NCBI RefSeq assembly: GCF_001194135.2
Contig: NC_068983.1
Coordinates: 128,304,826-128,342,596 of the forward strand
Source of the DNA: Octopus bimaculoides
Taxonomy: Eukaryota
DNA length: 37,771 nucleotides
Direction of reading: 5' to 3'
This document shows positions 34,655 to 37,771 of the stretch, piece after piece; the first letter of the stretch is position 1; the number at the start of each line of letters is the position of its first letter. Both the position numbers and the translations under genes were made by a program. The notes below the pieces were generated by a model. That model did not search any database, was not told where the DNA came from, and was given only the letters and a program-made list of their open reading frames with translations.

Positions 34655-34860
34655 TTTTTTACTTGTTTCAGTTATTCAACTGAGGCCATGCTGGGGCATC
34701 TCCTTGAAGGGTTTCAGTTAAACAAATTGATCCTAGTACTTGTGCCTTTTTTAAAAGCTTGGTACTTATTCTTTTGGTCTGTTATGCCAAATTGCTAATT
34801 TGCAGGGATGAAAACAAACCAACAGTAGCTGATGAGCACAAACACACACATGCTTTTATA
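34655..34860 (-). mobile_element. Family A SINE 3' half
   Basis: acttgtttcagttattcaactgaggccatgctggggc..ggtacttattct. Confidence 0.75.
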
Positions 34861-34883
34861 TATATATGTATATATATATATGT

Positions 34884-34922
<39 letters not shown>

Positions 34923-34932
34923 TATACATACG

Positions 34933-34968
<36 letters not shown>

Positions 34969-34970
34969 TG

Positions 34971-35179
34971 TATGAGTGGGTGCTGAGAAGTTCCTTCTTG
35001 GCTTTGAGTAAAAGAAAATAGTAGATGATCAGTTAATTATGATTTTATTCAACATATTTCACTCTCAAATCTACACACTTATTGCACCAGTCTTTCAGTT
35101 TTTCTTAACTCTGTAAAAAAACTCGTAATCAGGCCTTTCATGATAGCCTTAAGCGGGAAACTTTCTTGCACCCTTTGTA
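34971..35179. mobile_element. Mariner-type MITE (about 210 bp) with TA ends
   Basis: Left TATGAGTGGGTGCTGAGAAGTTCC versus reverse complement of right end TACAAAGGGTGCAAGAAAGGTTTCC. Confidence 0.7.
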
Positions 35180-35249
35180 AATGTATGTGTGTGTGTGTGT
35201 GCATGCATGTGTGCGTGTGTGTATGCATATAGGGAGAGAGAGAGAATGA

Positions 35250-35395
35250 GAGTGGGTTTCTTTCAATGTGTGTCTATCAAAACTATCCACAAGGTGTTGA
35301 TTGGCCTTAGACATTTCCCAAAGGTATCACACAATGGGACTGGTCTCGGTTGGAAAACAATCCTCTTACAACACAGCCACACCTGTGCTTATGTG
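35250..35395 (-). mobile_element. Degenerate family A SINE head
   Basis: tttcaatgtgtgtctatcaaaactatccacaagg..acacagccacacctgtgc. Confidence 0.6.
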
Positions 35396-35711
35396 TGCAT
35401 AAAATGAAATATCAGCCCCATCGTTTCCATGTATATTTGAACAAAGTATGATTCTTCTCTTCAGATAGATTACTTTACTAAATTTAACTTTGTTTACGTT
35501 TCATAGTGTATTCCCTGATTTGTTAAGGAAAAAATCAAATAACTGCAAGGGAGTGTTGTCATGACAAGTAATTATTGTCCAAATGTTATCAACCTATATC
35601 ATAATGCAAATGACTTGTGCTTGGCATCAAACTGTTTGTGTTTGTAATTAGTTTCTCTTAGAAGAGAAGGGTAACAGAAGTGAGTGAATCCTGGTGGGTT
35701 ATCAACCAGGT

Positions 35712-35875
35712 GCATGCATGGAAATGTAGTAAGAACCTTGCTTCCCAACCACATAGTTCTGGGTTCAGTTTCACCGTGTGACACCTTGGGCAAGTGTCTT
35801 CTAATATAGTTTTTGGCTGACCAAAGCTTTGTGAGTCAATTTGGTAGATGGATGTTGAAAGAAGCATATTGTGTA
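35712..35875 (+). mobile_element. Family A SINE head
   Basis: ttgcttcccaaccacatagttctgggttcagtt..acaccttgggcaagtgtcttc..gaaagaagc. Confidence 0.8.
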
Positions 35876-36215
35876 TATATAAATATTTTTCTTTCTTTCT
35901 TTCTGCAACTAATCAAGCAGTCTACCCTTTCCCCTTCCAGTTACTACCCATATAAGTCCACATGGAAAGCTTAGTTCTCTCAGTACTGGCTATTATTTTC
36001 ATGAAATTCAGGCCCAGCTAAGTGAAACTTTCTCCTCCATTGTTAATAGTTTATCATTCAACTAACCTATTCTATGCTTGTATCTCAGGAAATACTATCC
36101 TAACTGTAATTTAATTCGACTAAATCCCATAATCCTAGCTCTGATGCACCCGAGCAATTTCACTGCTTCCTATTTTATGATGCACCCACCCAATTCCACT
36201 CGTACCACCTATATT

Positions 36216-36298
36216 GGAAACCTCTTCTCTGACTGGTAACCTCTTCTGTCTGACTGTAAAACCTCTTCTGTCTGGCTGGAAACCTCTTCTCTCTGGCT
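36216..36298. repeat. Minisatellite, 4 copies of a 19-22 bp unit (GGAAACCTCTTCTGTCTGRCT)
   Basis: Direct reading of four adjacent units. Confidence 0.85.
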
Positions 36299-36707
36299 AA
36301 GAGTCTGCCTCTTTACCACAACCAGTACCAGTACCAGCCAATCCTCTGTTCCAGTATGCCCCCATCATAGCTTCCTCCACTAGTAGTCCCATCCACATTA
36401 CTGCTTGCATCAAAAGAGTCTGCTTTACGTAGTTAGTCAATTAGCAAACCACCAACTCCTTTCTCTTTACTTATAATGACATAACCAATTAGCTTTGTAT
36501 TTGTTTATTTAATCATTGACCCAGATATGCTTGTAATACTAAAGCTTATAACCATGCATGACCATTTTAACATGATTGAATGATGGGAGATTAAAGCAGG
36601 GACAACTAATATGTCATGCTTGTTACCAAATGCTCTTTGAAATCTTCTTTTCAAGTCGGTAATACGATCCTCCTTCCCAAGTTCCCTCCCACGTCTCTTT
36701 CCAGTTT

Positions 36708-37263
36708 CTCAGAGTTGGCACTGTCAATGTAGGTGCATTTAAAGGTAGGTCCGGTGAGATTGTTGTGACGCTTGAATGCGTGTTGCCTTCAAGTCAAGTG
36801 TCGGGGAGCTTCAGCCAGGTTTCTCACGGAGAAGACACATCGGTATAAAATCTTCTGGGAAGGTAACAGTGACAGGGTAGGAAGTGCGGGCATACTTCTC
36901 ACTGAGAAATGGGTTGATAAGGTCATAGAGGTAGCCAGAGCGTGTGATAGAGTACTTAATCTCAGGCTAGTCTTGCAAAATATTACAGTGATATTATCTC
37001 TGCATATTCCCCTCAGGCAGGGCTACCGAATGAACAGAGGCCTATCCTTCTGCAGGCTACTTCAAAGACAAATGACAAGGAGCTCATCTTTGAGCTCTTC
37101 GTTTTCCCTCATCCCCAAAACGATGAGGGAACAAGGCTACTGGAAATCTGTGATACAAATAACTTAATGTTCTGAAACACCAACTTCAGCAAGCTAGCCA
37201 GTCACCTGCTTAATTGTCAATTGGGTGACCATGCCAGCCAGATTGATTTCATTCTCACCAGAC
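36708..37263 (+). mobile_element. RTE ORF2 apurinic endonuclease domain, degenerate with internal deletion
   Basis: LRVGTVNVG..GRSGEIV; CCLQ..RGASARFL..HRYKIFWEGN..GILLTEKWVDKVIEV.R.CDRVL.LRLVL; ISAYSPQAGLP.EQ; GTRLLEICD.NNL..NTNF.K.ASHL..SQIDFILTR. Confidence 0.92.
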
Positions 37264-37330
37264 ATGAATAGATATGCGTACAGATATTTCTGTATATATG
37301 TGTACGTGTGTGGGTGCATGTGCTTGTGTG

Positions 37331-37366
<36 letters not shown>

Positions 37367-37485
37367 TGTGACTGTATTTCCTCTTATTGTATATATAGAG
37401 ATGGATGTCTTTTAATGAAATAATTTTGATTGTGGTTCAGTCTAGTACAACATATATGTGTACATTATCACAGATGCTTGTCTGA

Positions 37486-37659
37486 GTAGAATTCTACGCA
37501 TGCGTAAAACATTGGACGAAAACGAAACATTAGAATCAAATCAAACTATCGCCCGAAAATAAGCTCATCATTTTCCGACCCGACCTCGTTTCCGAGATTA
37601 TTTTAGTAGTAAAAAGAGTTGTTGTGCAGTAATATTACCTTATTTGGAAGCAGGTGAGT
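37486..37659 (+). promoter_or_regulatory. CpG-rich promoter-like patch with a possible non-coding first exon
   Basis: About 10 CpG in about 105 bp against a depleted background; palindromes GTAGAATTCTAC and TACGCATGCGTA; ATTGG at 37511-15; CAG|GTGAGT at 37654. Confidence 0.35.
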
Positions 37660-37771
37660 GTGTAGTGACAGAAGGGCATCTAACCATAGAAAATGTGCCA
37701 CCAACAAATCTCCTCTGTCCCATGCGATCATAGAGAAGAGGACGTCAGATTATGCTGAAAATCATTATATA

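Overview
AT-rich, CpG-depleted, repeat-dense animal genomic DNA with about 10 N-gaps. The repeat families (two abundant tRNA-derived SINEs, RTE LINEs with (GAT)n tails, a CR1-type LINE, mariner elements and MITEs, many (AT)n/(AC)n/(ATT)n microsatellites) look like an Octopus (coleoid cephalopod) short-read scaffold; this is an inference from recalled repeat families. Almost every ORF in the supplied track is an artefact of microsatellites, N-runs or TE fragments. Well supported: several RTE ORF2 fragments, a CR1-type LINE 3' end, an internally deleted mariner with both TIRs and TA TSDs (26254-27144), MITEs and more than 20 SINE copies. By manual splice-site and phase analysis I also find two candidate + strand host-gene segments that the ORF track misses. 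The first is a pair of terminal exons at 16685-16763 and 17059-17122 followed by AATAAA. The second is a compact gene at about 30260-31113 with a homotypic TTGCGCAA (C/EBP-type) cluster just upstream and an apparently disrupted middle exon. A CpG-rich promoter-like patch lies at about 37490-37650. I recognise neither candidate protein, and I see no clear evidence of a wholly new system. The best leads are the two unannotated gene segments, several RNA-structure elements and near-identical inverted retroposon pairs (potential ADAR substrates).
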